A stretch of 64,000 nucleotides of DNA, from contig NC_068982.1 in assembly GCF_001194135.2 (NCBI RefSeq), positions 58,066,445-58,130,444 of the forward strand, in the 5' to 3' direction. Below the pieces are notes generated by a model that saw only the letters and a program-made list of their open reading frames with translations, made no database searches and was not told where the DNA came from. This DNA comes from Octopus bimaculoides (Eukaryota). Shown here piece by piece: positions 12,397 through 23,860 of this stretch. The position numbers and the translations under genes were made by a program. Numbering within the stretch: position 1 is the first letter of the stretch; the number at the start of each line of letters is the position of its first letter.

Positions 12397-12600
12397 GAGG
12401 GGGCTGAAAAGTTCCAGGCTTTAAGGGTATTGTGAAAGGCTTAGTTGGAGGCCCAACCTTCTGAGTTCTTTTACAGGGTTTAGAAAAACTGAAGGACCAC
12501 TGCAATAAGTGTATAAATCTGAGAGCCGAATATATTGCATAAAATCATAATTAACTGATCTTTCTGTATTTTCTTTCACCCAAAGCTGGGAACTTTCCTA
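12397..12600 (+). mobile_element. mariner-derived MITE, family M (right end truncated)
   Basis: GAGGGGGCTGAAAAGTTCCAGGC terminus. The body matches the copies at 32330 and 44599. Confidence 0.85.
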
Positions 12601-12880
12601 GAAAATGGATGGATGGACATAATCTCAATTATTGAACAAAATGGATTTTGCATAGATTTTTGGCAAACTGACATTTTGATTATTTGATCAATAGAGTTAG
12701 TCATTAATTGAATTATCATGCAAATAGCTGAGTATTCCATAGATATACTCTTAGCATCATACTTAGGATTAAAACAGTGTAATGCAGTGTATGAGAAGTC
12801 AGTCTATTGACTGGTCTTCAGCACAGTTCTCAGCCATTAAACTTCACAGATAAGGCTTGCATCAATATTTGGATATGATT

Positions 12881-13090
12881 AAGGCAGAAACCTCGCAGAA
12901 TCATTAACACACCAAGGAAAATGCTTAGCAGCATTTCATCTGTCTTTAAGATTTGCGTTCAAATTCCACTAGGTCAACTTGCCTTACATCTATTCAGGGT
13001 CGATAAAATAAGTAGAAGCTGAACACAGAGGTTGATGCAATCAATTTACTCCTTCCCTAAAATTACTGGTCTTGTGCCAAAATTTGAAAC
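12881..13090 (+). mobile_element. SINE family D, full-length, with 18-bp target-site duplication
   Basis: CAATATTTGGATATGATT at 12863-12880 and 13091-13108. Head AAGGCAG...GCAGAATCATTAAC, B-box-like GCGTTCAAATTCC, central GCCTTACATCTATTCAGGGTCGATAAAATAAGTA. Confidence 0.9.
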
Positions 13091-13201
13091 CAATATTTGG
13101 ATATGATTGGAAACATATGACCAAAATGTTGCACAGTGGAATTGAAGCTAGAACTTACTAACTGAACTGTTATCATCTTAAGTACATAGTTATGCATCCA
13201 C

Positions 13202-13235
<34 letters not shown>

Positions 13236-14009
13236 CAAAATACAGAGAAAAAGAAAAAAGGAATAATAATATATATAAAAGTTTGTTCAAGTAACAATAT
13301 GTTAACTTTACAAAATTATAAATTATGCTGACACACTAATATGGGACTTTCTCTCTCTCTCTCTCTCTGTACACACACACACACACACATTTGTATATAT
13401 TAAATTTCATATGTTGGCAAATTCAAATAAGTTAGTCTTTTGTGAAAAGATAAGAGTTACAGCTTTTCACTGTCGAGAGAAAAATAAATATATTTAATTT
13501 CTTAAAATGACCTTGATATAATAGAACTCAGAATAATTTTTTTCTTTTACTTAGCATTTGCTGATGTTCAATATACAATTTTCTTTTTCTCTGCTTTCAG
13601 AAAGAAAGAAAACATTTTATTTGAGATGGAAGGATGACAAATTTAACAACTGTGCTATATTTTTTTGCAACCACAAACATTTAAATAATTTCCATTTTTA
13701 TTTTTCTCTCTCTTTTTCTATGGAAGAGACATTAAAATAAGAAGAAGAACCTGGTACAAATTTGAATAAATTTCACTTCTGCAATGACATTTACAGCTCT
13801 CTGTCTCTCTGTCAATACATTATATATATATATATATATTTCATGTATGTGTATTGAATTCATCAATGACAGTATAGGTTATAACAATACTGAACATTTC
13901 ATTTCTTGCCATATTCAATATTTACTACACTTAATGAAAACTGTAAACTGGTTTACATACGTAAACAAGTATTTTATGTCTCAGAGTTTGACACCTAAAG
14001 CAATAATAA

Positions 14010-14800
14010 TATTAATGATGATGATTTTAAATTTTGGCACAAAGCCAGCAAATTTGGGGGAAGGGGCTCGTCGATTGTATCAACTTCGTTGCTCAAAGGG
14101 TACTAGGGTACTTTGCCTCTGAAAGAATGAAAGGCAAAGTTGACCTCAGCAGTATTTGAACTTAGAACATGAAGAGAGATGAAATGATGCAAAGTATTTG
14201 CCTGGCATGCTAATGATTCTGCCAGCTTGTGACCTTAGTAATAATAATGATTTCAAATTTTGGCACAAGGCCAACAAGTCTGAGGAGCAGGGGTTTGCCA
14301 ATTCACAAGGCCCGAAATTTTGGGGGAGGGAGCCAGTTGATTAAATTGACCCCAGTATGCAACTGGTACTTAATTTATCGATCCTGAAAGATGAAAGGCA
14401 AAGTCAACTTTGGCGAAGAGGTTTGCCACTTACATCAATCCCAGTACTCAACTGATACTTATTTTATCGACCCTGAAAAGATAAAAGGTTAAGTCAACTT
14501 CAGTGGAATTTGAACTCAGAATGTAAAGGCAGACAAAGTGCCACTAAGCATTTTGTTCAGTGTGCTAATGATTCTGCCAGTTCACCACTGTAATAATCCT
14601 TTCTACTATGGGCACAGTGTCTGGAATTTGTGAAAGGGGGATAGTCGATTACATCAATCCCAGTACTTGACTGCTGGATTTATCGACCCCAAAATGATGA
14701 AAGGCAATGTTAACTGTAGAGGAATTTGAACTCAGAATGTAAACACAGACGAAATGCAGCTAACGACATGCTAATGATTCTGCCAACCTGTAGTAATAAT
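14010..14800 (-). mobile_element. Head-to-tail array of ~5 family-D SINE units
   Basis: Repeated AATTTTGGCACAAGGCC...GATGAAAGGCAAAGT...GAATTTGAACTCAGAA...GATTCTGCCAG units. Several junctions are (TAA)n. Confidence 0.9.
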
Positions 14801-14914
14801 AATGAAAATTTCTGTTATTTTTCAATAACGACTGCTAAGTTATGGAGATGTAAACACACTAACACTGTTGGTCAAGTATTGGTGGGGGATAAACACAGAC
14901 AGAAAGACATTGGC

Positions 14915-15255
14915 AACCTGCTGTGCTTGAGGAGACCTTGAGTCAAGTACATCAACATCAAAATAAAAGTCAAATGGAAATTGTAGTTGTGACACCCGTG
15001 CCGGTGGCATGTAAAAAGCACCAACCAATCGTAGCCATTGCCAGCCTCCCCTGGCACCTGTGCCAGTGGCACGTAAAAAGCACCCACTACACTCACGGAG
15101 TGGTTAGTGTTAGGAATGGCATCCAGCTGTAGAAACACTGCCAGATCAGACTGGAGCCTGGTGCAGCCTCCTGGCTTCCCAGACCCCGGTCAAACTGTCC
15201 AACCCATGCTAGCATGGAAAATGGACATTAAACGACGACGATGATGATGATGATA
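14915..15255 (+). mobile_element. RTE 3' end with (GAT)n tail
   Basis: GCTGTGCTTGAGGAGACC (AVLEET, ORF end) ... GGAGTGGTTAGTGTTAGGAATGGCATCCAGCTGTAGAAAC ... GGACATTAAACGACGACG(ATG)n. Confidence 0.85.
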
Positions 15256-15257
15256 TA

Positions 15258-15750
15258 CACATGGGCTTTTTTTCAGTTTCTGTCTACCAAAGCCATAGTA
15301 GAAGAAACTTGCCCATGGTGCCACACAGTGGGACTGAACACAGAACCATGTGGTTGGGAAACAAATTTCTTACCACACAATCATGCCTATATATCACGGT
15401 TAAGTAGCTTGCTTCCTATTCATGTGGTCTTGGGTTCAATCCACTATGTAGTCCTTTGGGCTACAGCCTTGCAAGTTGATTTGATAGATGGAAACTGTGT
15501 GGAAGCATGTTGTATATATGCATGTATATATATCTATATGAGTGTCTTTGTTTCTGTCCAACCACACACATCACCTGAGGAACAGAGTTGGTTTGTTTAT
15601 GTTCCCACAATTCAGCTGTTCATTCAAGAGATGAACAGAGTAAGTACCAGACCTAAAAAATAAGAAGCAGAGTCAATTTGTTCAACCACACCTTTCAAGG
15701 TGGTGCTCCAGCATGGCCACTGTCCAATGACTGACACAATAAAAATTAAA
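15258..15750. mobile_element. Two family-A SINEs head-to-head (minus 5' half, then plus copy)
   Basis: Minus head ends near 15390. A plus head TAAGTAGCTTGCTTCCTATTCATGTGGTCTTGGGTTCAATCCC starts near 15400 and runs to a 3' end near 15750. Confidence 0.75.
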
Positions 15751-15852
15751 AAGGAAGAAAGACAGACAGACAGACAGATAGATAGTTAGATAGACAGGCA
15801 GATAGATAGATAGGCAAAAGGAGGTAGATAGATAGATAGATAGATAGATAGA

Positions 15853-15918
15853 TGTTGGAACTCCATCGCTTACAACGTCGAGGGTTCCAGTTGATCCGAT
15901 CAACGGAACAGCCTCCAC
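15853..15918 (-). mobile_element. 3' tail of SINE family R within a (GATA)n tract
   Basis: Reverse complement GGCTGTTCCGTTGATCGGATCAACTGGAACCCTCGACGTTGTAAGCGATGGAGTTCCAACA matches the 3' end of the SINE at 25233-25618. (GATA)n lies on both sides. Confidence 0.85.
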
Positions 15919-16227
15919 AGATAGATAGATAGATAGATAGATATCAGTTCAAGAATTAATACAAGTAATCCTAGAAAGTAATTCAACCTAGAAATAATAA
16001 CCAAATCTCCCTCAAAGTGCACACTATGTTCTTGAAATGATAAAGAGGGGCAGAGAGAAAGAGGAGGGAGAGAGAGAGAATGGGGGGGGGATGAGATCTG
16101 ATGGGTAATGTAGTCATAAACATTCAATGCTTGAAAGAAATCTGGGATGATCAAGGATGGAATGTATTTGATCATCGGTCTGCTTAATTGGGATTGATAT
16201 AAGGCTAAATAACAACAAGGAGCCAAG

Positions 16228-16600
16228 ACATACTTTATGAGGTCACTTGACATGCTAGAAACAGCAACTAAAGCTCTATCAAATCATGTATATCAGAGGA
16301 CCATATTAGATAATGCAGACTTGGATATGGACCTCAAAAGATTGAGCCATTTAGAACAAGAATGCTGTTGAAGGTATGTCTGAATGTTCAAGATAGACCT
16401 CGAATAATGCAGTAACAACAACAAGCAGAAACATACGTTGCAACGTCACTTAACATGCTAGAAATGGTAACTAATTCTCTATCAATCACACCAAAACAGG
16501 AGGCCATATTAGGTAATGTAAGACTAAGATTAAAAATGGGACAGTCGTTTGGGACAAGAATGATGTTCAAGGTGTATCTGTATGTTCAGAATAAAACTGG
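16228..16600 (+). repeat. Tandem dimer (~200-bp period) of an unclassified interspersed repeat
   Basis: GTCACTT(G/A)ACATGCTAGAAA...CTCTATCAA...CCATATTAG recurs at ~16245 and ~16446. Related CTAGAAATARCARCCAAATCTC motifs occur at ~7350, 15990, 25065, 50228 and 62430. Confidence 0.7.
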
Positions 16601-16613
16601 AGAGAGACAGAGC

Positions 16614-16665
<52 letters not shown>

Positions 16666-16795
16666 CACACACACACAGAGGGAAAGAGAGACAGGCGGGA
16701 CATGTATTTGTGTAAAAGTTTNNNNNNNNNNAAACACTTTTGCTATGTTCTTGCACCTATTTTTCTCTTCTGCTTTTATTTTATTATTATCACTG

Positions 16796-16837
<42 letters not shown>

Positions 16838-17248
16838 TTGATGAAACAACTTCCATTTTCTCAATCTCACTCTCTCCACTTTCTTACTGACTCACTTCCA
16901 TTTCAGCTAAAGAAGCAATTATGATGTCAGCAGCATCTAAAGAGGATAAAATAAAAAAGAAAAAAAAAGGTTGACACTACCATACACTTCCATCATTTAT
17001 TTTTTTTTCTTTCTTTTTTATCGTGTATTTTTTTTTCCATACGGGCTTTGTTTTTTTTTATGTTTGGTTTTTCTTTGTTCTCTATAAACAGATAAGACAC
17101 CAAAACTTCTTGCAGGCACATAATTCTGTACCATATTTTTTTCCTTCTTTTGTTTTATATATACATATAGAGAGAGATATATATACATATATATACATAC
17201 ATACACACGTCTGTGTGTGTACATACATACATATATATATACATACAT

Positions 17249-17301
<53 letters not shown>

Positions 17302-18679
17302 CACATATATGTATACATAATATACCTATGTACACAAACAAATGTATATATATAAACATACACACATGTACATACATATATGTCTGTGTATACAAATACA
17401 TACACACATCAGTATGCATAAAGGATACATATATATATATATATATATAAACATACACACACACATGCATGTGTACAAATTTTATCACAACTCTATTTAC
17501 CATTCTTTGTTCACGAAACCAAACAAAACCCCTTTCATGTGACATTAACGTTTTAGAAGATTTGCAACTCCAAAACCGAAGCTCTTGCCATAACACGCAT
17601 ACAAGCCACTCTNNNNNNNNNNNNNNNNNNNNNNNNNNNNNNNNNNNNNNNNNNNNNNNNNNNNNNNNNNNNNNNNNNNNNNNNNNNNNNNNNNNNNNNN
17701 NNNNNNNNNNNNNNNNNNNNNNNNNNNNNNNNNNNNNNNNNNNNNNNNNNNNNNNNNNNNNNNNNNNNNNNNNNNNNNNNNNNNNNNNNNNNNNNNNNNN
17801 NNNNNNNNNNNNNNNNNNNNNNNNNNNNNNNNNNNNNNNNNNNNNNNNNNNNNNNNNNNNNNNNNNNNNNNNNNNNNNNNNNNNNNNNNNNNNNNNNNNN
17901 NNNNNNNNNNNNNNNNNNNNNNNNNNNNNNNNNNNNNNNNNNNNNNNNNNNNNNNNNNNNNNNNNNNNNNNNNNNNNNNNNNNNNNNNNNNNNNNNNNNN
18001 NNNNNNNNNNNNNNNNNNNNNNNNNNNNNNNNNNNNNNNNNNNNNNNNNNNNNNNNNNNNNNNNNNNNNNNNNNNNNNNNNNNNNNNNNNNNNNNNNNNN
18101 NNNNNNNNNNNNNNNNNNNNNNNNNNNNNNNNNNNNNNNNNNNNNNNNNNNNNNNNNNNNNNNNNNNNNNNNNNNNNNNNNNNNNNNNNNNNNNNNNNNN
18201 NNNNNNNNNNNNNNNNNNNNNNNNNNNNNNNNNNNNNNNNNNNNNNNNNCTTATAAACAACTTAAGTCCTGTACAATAGGTGTGTTTATAAAATAGATTT
18301 GGTGCGGGTACACATATGGCTTCTACTACCCAGGAACAGAAGCGTAAGAAATCTGGTTTACTTTTTCAACATGACGATTCTGATTTTTAGTGGATTGTTT
18401 GACATGCTAGGTAGACACACACACACACACACACATTAGATGTATCTGAGTGCAAGTGAAGATATGTGTGAATCTTGTGATTGCAGGTTCAGTATCACTG
18501 TATGGTGATTGTCTACTATATTCTGGAATGGAATTTAGTGGTGATAAAATGAACAGAAGTTTGTTGTACATGTGTGTGTGTGTCTGTGTGTGTGTCTGTG
18601 TGTGTGTGTGTATTTGTGAGTGAGTGAAGGTGTGTGGCTTAGGGGTTTGGCTTATGATTGCTAAGTCATGAGTTCAGTT

Positions 18680-19130
18680 TTACTCTTTCACTTGTTTCAG
18701 TCATTTGACTGTGGCCATGCTGGAGCACCGCCTTTAGTCGAGAAAATCGAGCCCAGGACTTATTCTTTGTAAGCCTAGTACTTATTTTATCGGTCTCTTT
18801 TTGCCGAACTGCTAAGTTACAGGGACGTAAACACACCAGCATCGGTTGTCAAGCAATGATGGTGGGGGAACAAACACAGACACACAAACACACACATATA
18901 TATATACATATATACGATGGGCTTCTTTCAGTTTCTGTCTACCAAATCCACTCACAAGGCTTTGGTCGGCCCAAGGCTATAGTAGAAGACACTTGCCCAA
19001 GGTGCCACGCAGTGGGACTGAACCCGGAATCATGTGGTTGGTAAGCAAGCTACTTTATTTCATTTGATTTGTCATAAAGGCAGTATACAGAGTAGCTACT
19101 TATCACCACACAGCCACTCCTGCGCCTATA
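18680..19130 (-). mobile_element. SINE family A, near full-length, young
   Basis: Complete consensus in reverse with retained CpGs. A short extra segment (~19050-19100) interrupts the head. Confidence 0.9.
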
Positions 19131-19164
19131 CTTTATTTCAGATTGCTCCAGTCTACTGAGCTGG

Positions 19165-19325
19165 CAAAAACGAGCTTGTCCTCTCACATTCTGTGTCATG
19201 CTGACTCTCTTTGAGAACTACATTGAGAGTACGCATGTCTGTGGAGTGCTCAGCCACTTGCACTTTGATTTCGCAAGCAGGTTGTTCTGTTGATTGAATC
19301 AACAATTTCATCTCTGACCGAAAGC
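19165..19325 (+). mobile_element. SINE family R, 3' part (degenerate)
   Basis: GAGAACTACATTGAGAGTACGCATGTCTGTGGAGTGCTCAGCCACTTGCAC matches 25488-25540. Confidence 0.8.
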
Positions 19326-19439
19326 ATCACTATATATTCAGTGCATTTTAGTCACTAAATAGCAAACTGCAGCAGGAAACCAGAGCAGTAGAACAACACC
19401 AAAACAATGGACAACAGTATCAACACATCCTAACCAGCT

Positions 19440-19890
19440 AATCATCATCATCATCGTTTTATGTCCGCTTTCCATGCTAGCATAGGTTGGACGATTCGAC
19501 TGAGGACTGGTGAACCAGATGGCTACACCAGGCTCCAATCTGATTTGGCAGAGTATCTACAGCTAGATGCCCTTCCTAACGCCAACCATTCCGAGAGGGT
19601 AGTGGGTGCTTTTACGTGCCACCGGCATGAAGGCCAGTCAGGCGGTACTGGCAACGGCCACGTTCAAAATGGTGTATTTTACGTGCCACCGGCACAGGAG
19701 CCAGTCCAGCGGCACCGGCAATGACTTCACTCGAATGTCTTTACATGTGCCACCTACACAAGTGCCAGGAAGGCGACGCTGGGCACAGGTGCCATCACGA
19801 TTTCACTTTCGTTTGCCCCAACAGGTCTTCGCAAGCCGAGTTTAGTGTCCAGTGAAGGAGACGACGTTGGCATGGGTGCCAGTCGTCGAA
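19440..19890 (-). mobile_element. RTE-tail element, young copy
   Basis: (CAT)n-CGTTTTATGTCCGCTTTCCATGCTAGC...GCCCTTCCTAACGCCAACC...GGCATGGGTGCCAG. It is close to the reverse complement of 40228-40672. Confidence 0.9.
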
Positions 19891-21407
19891 TTTAGTTCGA
19901 TTTCAATTAGAAAAACACTGGTGGCTTCCTGATCCAACAACATCTCATATAAACTTTGAACTATTCTAGTGTAAACATTATTTCTTTGAAGTAACAACAT
20001 CTACTTTCTGAACAATAAAAAAAATATAAATAAATATTTTCACATTTAAAATCACGACTATTTTTGTGCTTTTCATCATAACAATTTCATCATGGCTAAA
20101 TATGTTTCCATGGAATATTGGAAACAAATGACATGACATGTGTGATACTGATGCTCATTTGCCACAAATACACATTGTCAAAACAATCACACACAAATAC
20201 ACATACATATATGATGATTGTTGAATCTTGTCAGATAACAATTGTCTCACATTCAGCCTGATTGTTCTGATTGACTTTCATCCCCACTTGTGCACAGATA
20301 TGACTTTACATCTTGTCATGCATCCATTGCCATGAGTCTTTATTTAAATGCAAAACAGACCAGAAAATGAAATGAGAGTGCCACACTTGAGATTTAAGTG
20401 ACAAAAGCTTGTTCAGTACTTCTGCCACACTGTTGATTGTCATTGTATTTTCCAGTGAGAAGCATTGCAAGATGATTGGTACCATTTTCGCTGCAAGTTT
20501 TATGTCACAGTATCTACCTCCTAGAAAAGTTGCCTTCCCGACAACTTTCTCAAATATAATGGGAACCTCCTCTATTCCTGGGAAATATATTTAACCCACA
20601 GATGGGACCCTTACAGGTACTACCATTCCAGGTCAGAGGAGACCTGGGAGTAATAGTAATTAAGTGGTGACTGCATGCTCCCCACATCTCCAGAACTCCC
20701 GAAATGGAGCCTCACCACTTAGGACAACATACATACATACATACATTTATGATGGGCTTCTTTCAGTTTCCATCAAAAAAATCCACTCAAAAGTCTTTGG
20801 TTGACTCAAGGCTGTAGTAAAAGATACTTGCCTATGGTGCCATGCAGTGGCATTGAACCCAAAATCATGTGATTGGGAAACAAACTTCTCGCCCACACAG
20901 CCATGTTTGCACCTGGCATCAAAACAGTTTATGAAAAACATGAAAGTAAAGTCATTGAATTTCACCATTAGTTTATCAGTTTCACTCAGTTTATCTTCAT
21001 CCCATATTTCGTAACTGCTCCAATTATTTGGAAATGCACTTTTCAAGTTTGCCTGCAACTATTTTGTGGCAAAGCTCTGGATCTATAACACCACCTTGTT
21101 TCACACCGTAACACAATACTGATATTAAAATCTCTAAAGATTTTAAGCATTAATTATACACACTACATCCAAGACTGCTAACCGAATGTTGGCGACTTAA
21201 CTTACCCAAATACTTTTACTTGGCATGTATTCCTTGAAGAAATGTTCTTTTTTCTCCTTCACTTGATCCGCTAACATAATTAAGATTTAAACCCCTAATT
21301 ATAGCAGCTTATTACTTAATGCTATTTACTTTATTTTTGAAATTTTATATATTCTGCTTTCTACCTCCCTTTCATATTCTTTCATCTAAAGAACTAAATA
21401 TGTATTG

Positions 21408-21452
<45 letters not shown>

Positions 21453-21453
21453 T

Positions 21454-21497
<44 letters not shown>

Positions 21498-21864
21498 GTA
21501 GAAAGAACTACGTCTTCTAGCATTTCATTGTAATCCATCCTTCTCTTTCTCATCACAAATTCTCAACTCCTGGTAATCTCCTCTTCCTTTCAGAATAATA
21601 TACAATTTCTCTATCATCTTCAGTTTTAGAAAATCTGTTTTCAAACAGTCTTTCCAATTTTTAAATATAGATTTCATTAACTGAATCATACATCATATTC
21701 GTCTGATAAACTAATACAGAATAAAATGTATGACCATCTCTAAAGAATCACTTTCTAAAGAATCACTTTCTAATGAATTAAAGAAAATGCGTATGTGTAA
21801 GTGCGTGTGTGTGAGCCTATATGCATGTGTGGTATGTATTTATATTCTCGCTCTCTCTTACGCG

Positions 21865-22035
21865 GAGGAATGGGTAAGCCAATTACATCGACCCCAGTGC
21901 TCAACGGGTACGAATTTTACTGACCCTGAAAGGATGAAAGACAAAGTTGACCTCGGTGGAATTTGAATTCAGAAAAGACGGACGAAATGCTGCTAAGCAT
22001 TTTGCCCAATGTACTAATGATTCTGCCAGTTCGAC
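21865..22035 (-). mobile_element. SINE family D
   Basis: ATTACATCGACCCCAGTGCTCAACGGGTAC...GGATGAAAGACAAAGTTGACCTCGGTGGAATTTGAATTCAGAA...GATTCTGCCAGTTCG. Confidence 0.85.
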
Positions 22036-22300
22036 ACATAACTGTTCATAACTGTACATCTTATAAAACAGCAGCAACAAAGGAAACAGTTGCGTGACTA
22101 GAAAAGAGCAACTGTGACCCTGCATGCAACACCTATTGAATACTCTTACACTTACAAGACAGGAAATTATAGAAGCAATTGTTCAAGTTGAAGATGGCTT
22201 TATTGAATAACATTATAGAAAAGGTTTATTTTTATCCTCATAGCATTTTTTGATAAATAAAGTTATTATCTGTTATTACATATCTGTTTTTTTTAATCTT

Positions 22301-23047
22301 TTTTAAAACGGGGGCCACATTTTTCATCAATGTTTTACGTAGTGTTTTTGGTACGGAAAGACTTTCAAACTTCGTATACTTATCTATTTTGTGTTATAGA
22401 ACAGAAAAATATTTTTGTATTCGAATTTATTTCATGTAAAAAATTGTCTTATTTCGATAATTTCAACCAATCACTGACAAGTATTCAGTTGTTTACATTT
22501 ACTCTTTTGGCTGATTAAGCGATGTAAAGCGTATTTAATCTCCATACCTTCGTTTTATTTGCTTTTTTCATTTTAAATTTACTTTAACCCTAACCCTAGG
22601 GTTAGGGTTAATTGTTTNNNNNNNNNNAATTTATTTCATGTAAAAAATTGTCTTATTTCGATAATTTCAACCAATCACTGACAAGTATTCAGTTGTTTAC
22701 ATTTACTCTTTTGGCTGATTAAGCGATGTAAAGCGTATTTAATCTCCATACCTTCGTTTTATTTGCTTTTTTCATTTTAAATTTACTTTAACCCTAACCC
22801 TAGGGTTAGGGTTAATTGTTTCAGAATCGTTTGTTTATGTAGTCGGCACTTAATGTATATCGGCTGAATGGACGTCAGTGATTGGTTGAAATTACAGAAA
22901 TACGACAACTTTAACATGGAATAACTTGGGGATTTCTTTTTTTTTTTAAGAAGACTAAGAGAAAAAGATGTTTTATATGACACATTCTACCAGTGTTCCA
23001 AGTTTCAAAGTGTTTTGTTAATGAAAAATGTGGCCCCCGTTTTAAAA
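22301..23047. mobile_element. Non-autonomous TIR element with internal telomere-repeat palindrome
   Basis: Perfect 27-bp inverted termini TTTTAAAACGGGGGCCACATTTTTCAT (22301-22327 / 23021-23047). Inner inverted pair TTCAACCAATCACTGAC / GTCAGTGATTGGTTGAA. Central TTAACCCTAACCCTAGGGTTAGGGTTAA. Confidence 0.85.
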
Positions 23048-23104
23048 AAAATCCGTTTTTTTTTATAAACATAAATGTGTCCTCAGATAGCTTGCACACC
23101 CTGC

Positions 23105-23105
23105 T

Positions 23106-23136
<31 letters not shown>

Positions 23137-23710
23137 CTGTGCTTGCACCCTGCCGTCACTGCTTGACAATCAGAGTTGGTGTGCTAATGTCCCTGTAACT
23201 TAGCAGTTTGACAAAAGAGACCGATAGAATAAGTACTAGGTTTTTTAAAAAAAAGAAAGTCCTGGGGTCGATTTGTTCGACTAAAACCCTTCAAGGCGGT
23301 GCACCAGCATGGTCACAATCAAATGATTGAAACAAGTAAAATAATAAAAGAATATATACATATCTGCTTCCCAACCACATGGTTTTGGGTTCAGTCCCAT
23401 TGCAAGGTACTTTGGGTGTCTTTTACTAGCTCCAACCCAACCAAACCTAGTATGTGGATTTGTTAGATGGAAACTGGAATAAGCCTATCATTTATGTGTG
23501 CGAGAGTGAGTGAGTGAATGAGTGTCTGTGTGTGCTGGTATTTGTGTTTGTTCCCTGCTGGCAACTGGTGTTGTCTTAGTAGTTCAGCAAATAGAATAAG
23601 TACCAGACTTAAAAAAAAAAAAGTATTGGGGTTGATTTGTTCAACTAAACCCTTTAAGGAGTACTCCAGCATGACTGTAATCCAATGACCGAAACAGGTA
23701 AAAGACAGAA
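23105..23710 (+). mobile_element. Two tandem family-A SINE copies (3' half, then degenerate full copy)
   Basis: 3' consensus at 23140-23345, then head GCTTCCCAACCACATGGTTTTGGGTTCAGTCCC at 23366 and a second 3' end at ~23700. Confidence 0.8.
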
Positions 23711-23794
23711 AATACACACACACACACACATATATATACATACTTTCAGTAACGCTTTCTTTCAAATTGTTGCTGTCATCATCTATTTCACCAT

Positions 23795-23860
23795 ACAACC
23801 AGCCAGCCAGCCAGCCAGCAAACCAACTCATCTGCCAGCCAGCCAGCCAGCCAGCCAACC
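23795..23860. repeat. (GCCA)n tetranucleotide microsatellite
   Basis: Directly visible. It explains the QPAS/WLAG ORFs. Confidence 0.95.

Noticed and set aside
14010-14800. CRISPR-like array
   Set aside because: The units are ~200-bp diverged SINEs in eukaryotic DNA, with no short invariant repeat-spacer pattern and no cas genes.
17469-18296. Long ORFs spanning N runs (also 41526-42195, 47869-48597, 49375-50154, 59907-60465)
   Set aside because: They are open only because gaps translate as X.
20306-21052. Two open minus-strand stretches with AG/GT borders (21052-20966; from 20577)
   Set aside because: Splice phases are incompatible, the second acceptor abuts a repeat, and I recognise no protein similarity.
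22424-22821. Exact 194-bp tandem duplication either side of a 10-N gap
   Set aside because: Identical copies flanking a gap are most likely unmerged contig overlap, not a biological repeat.
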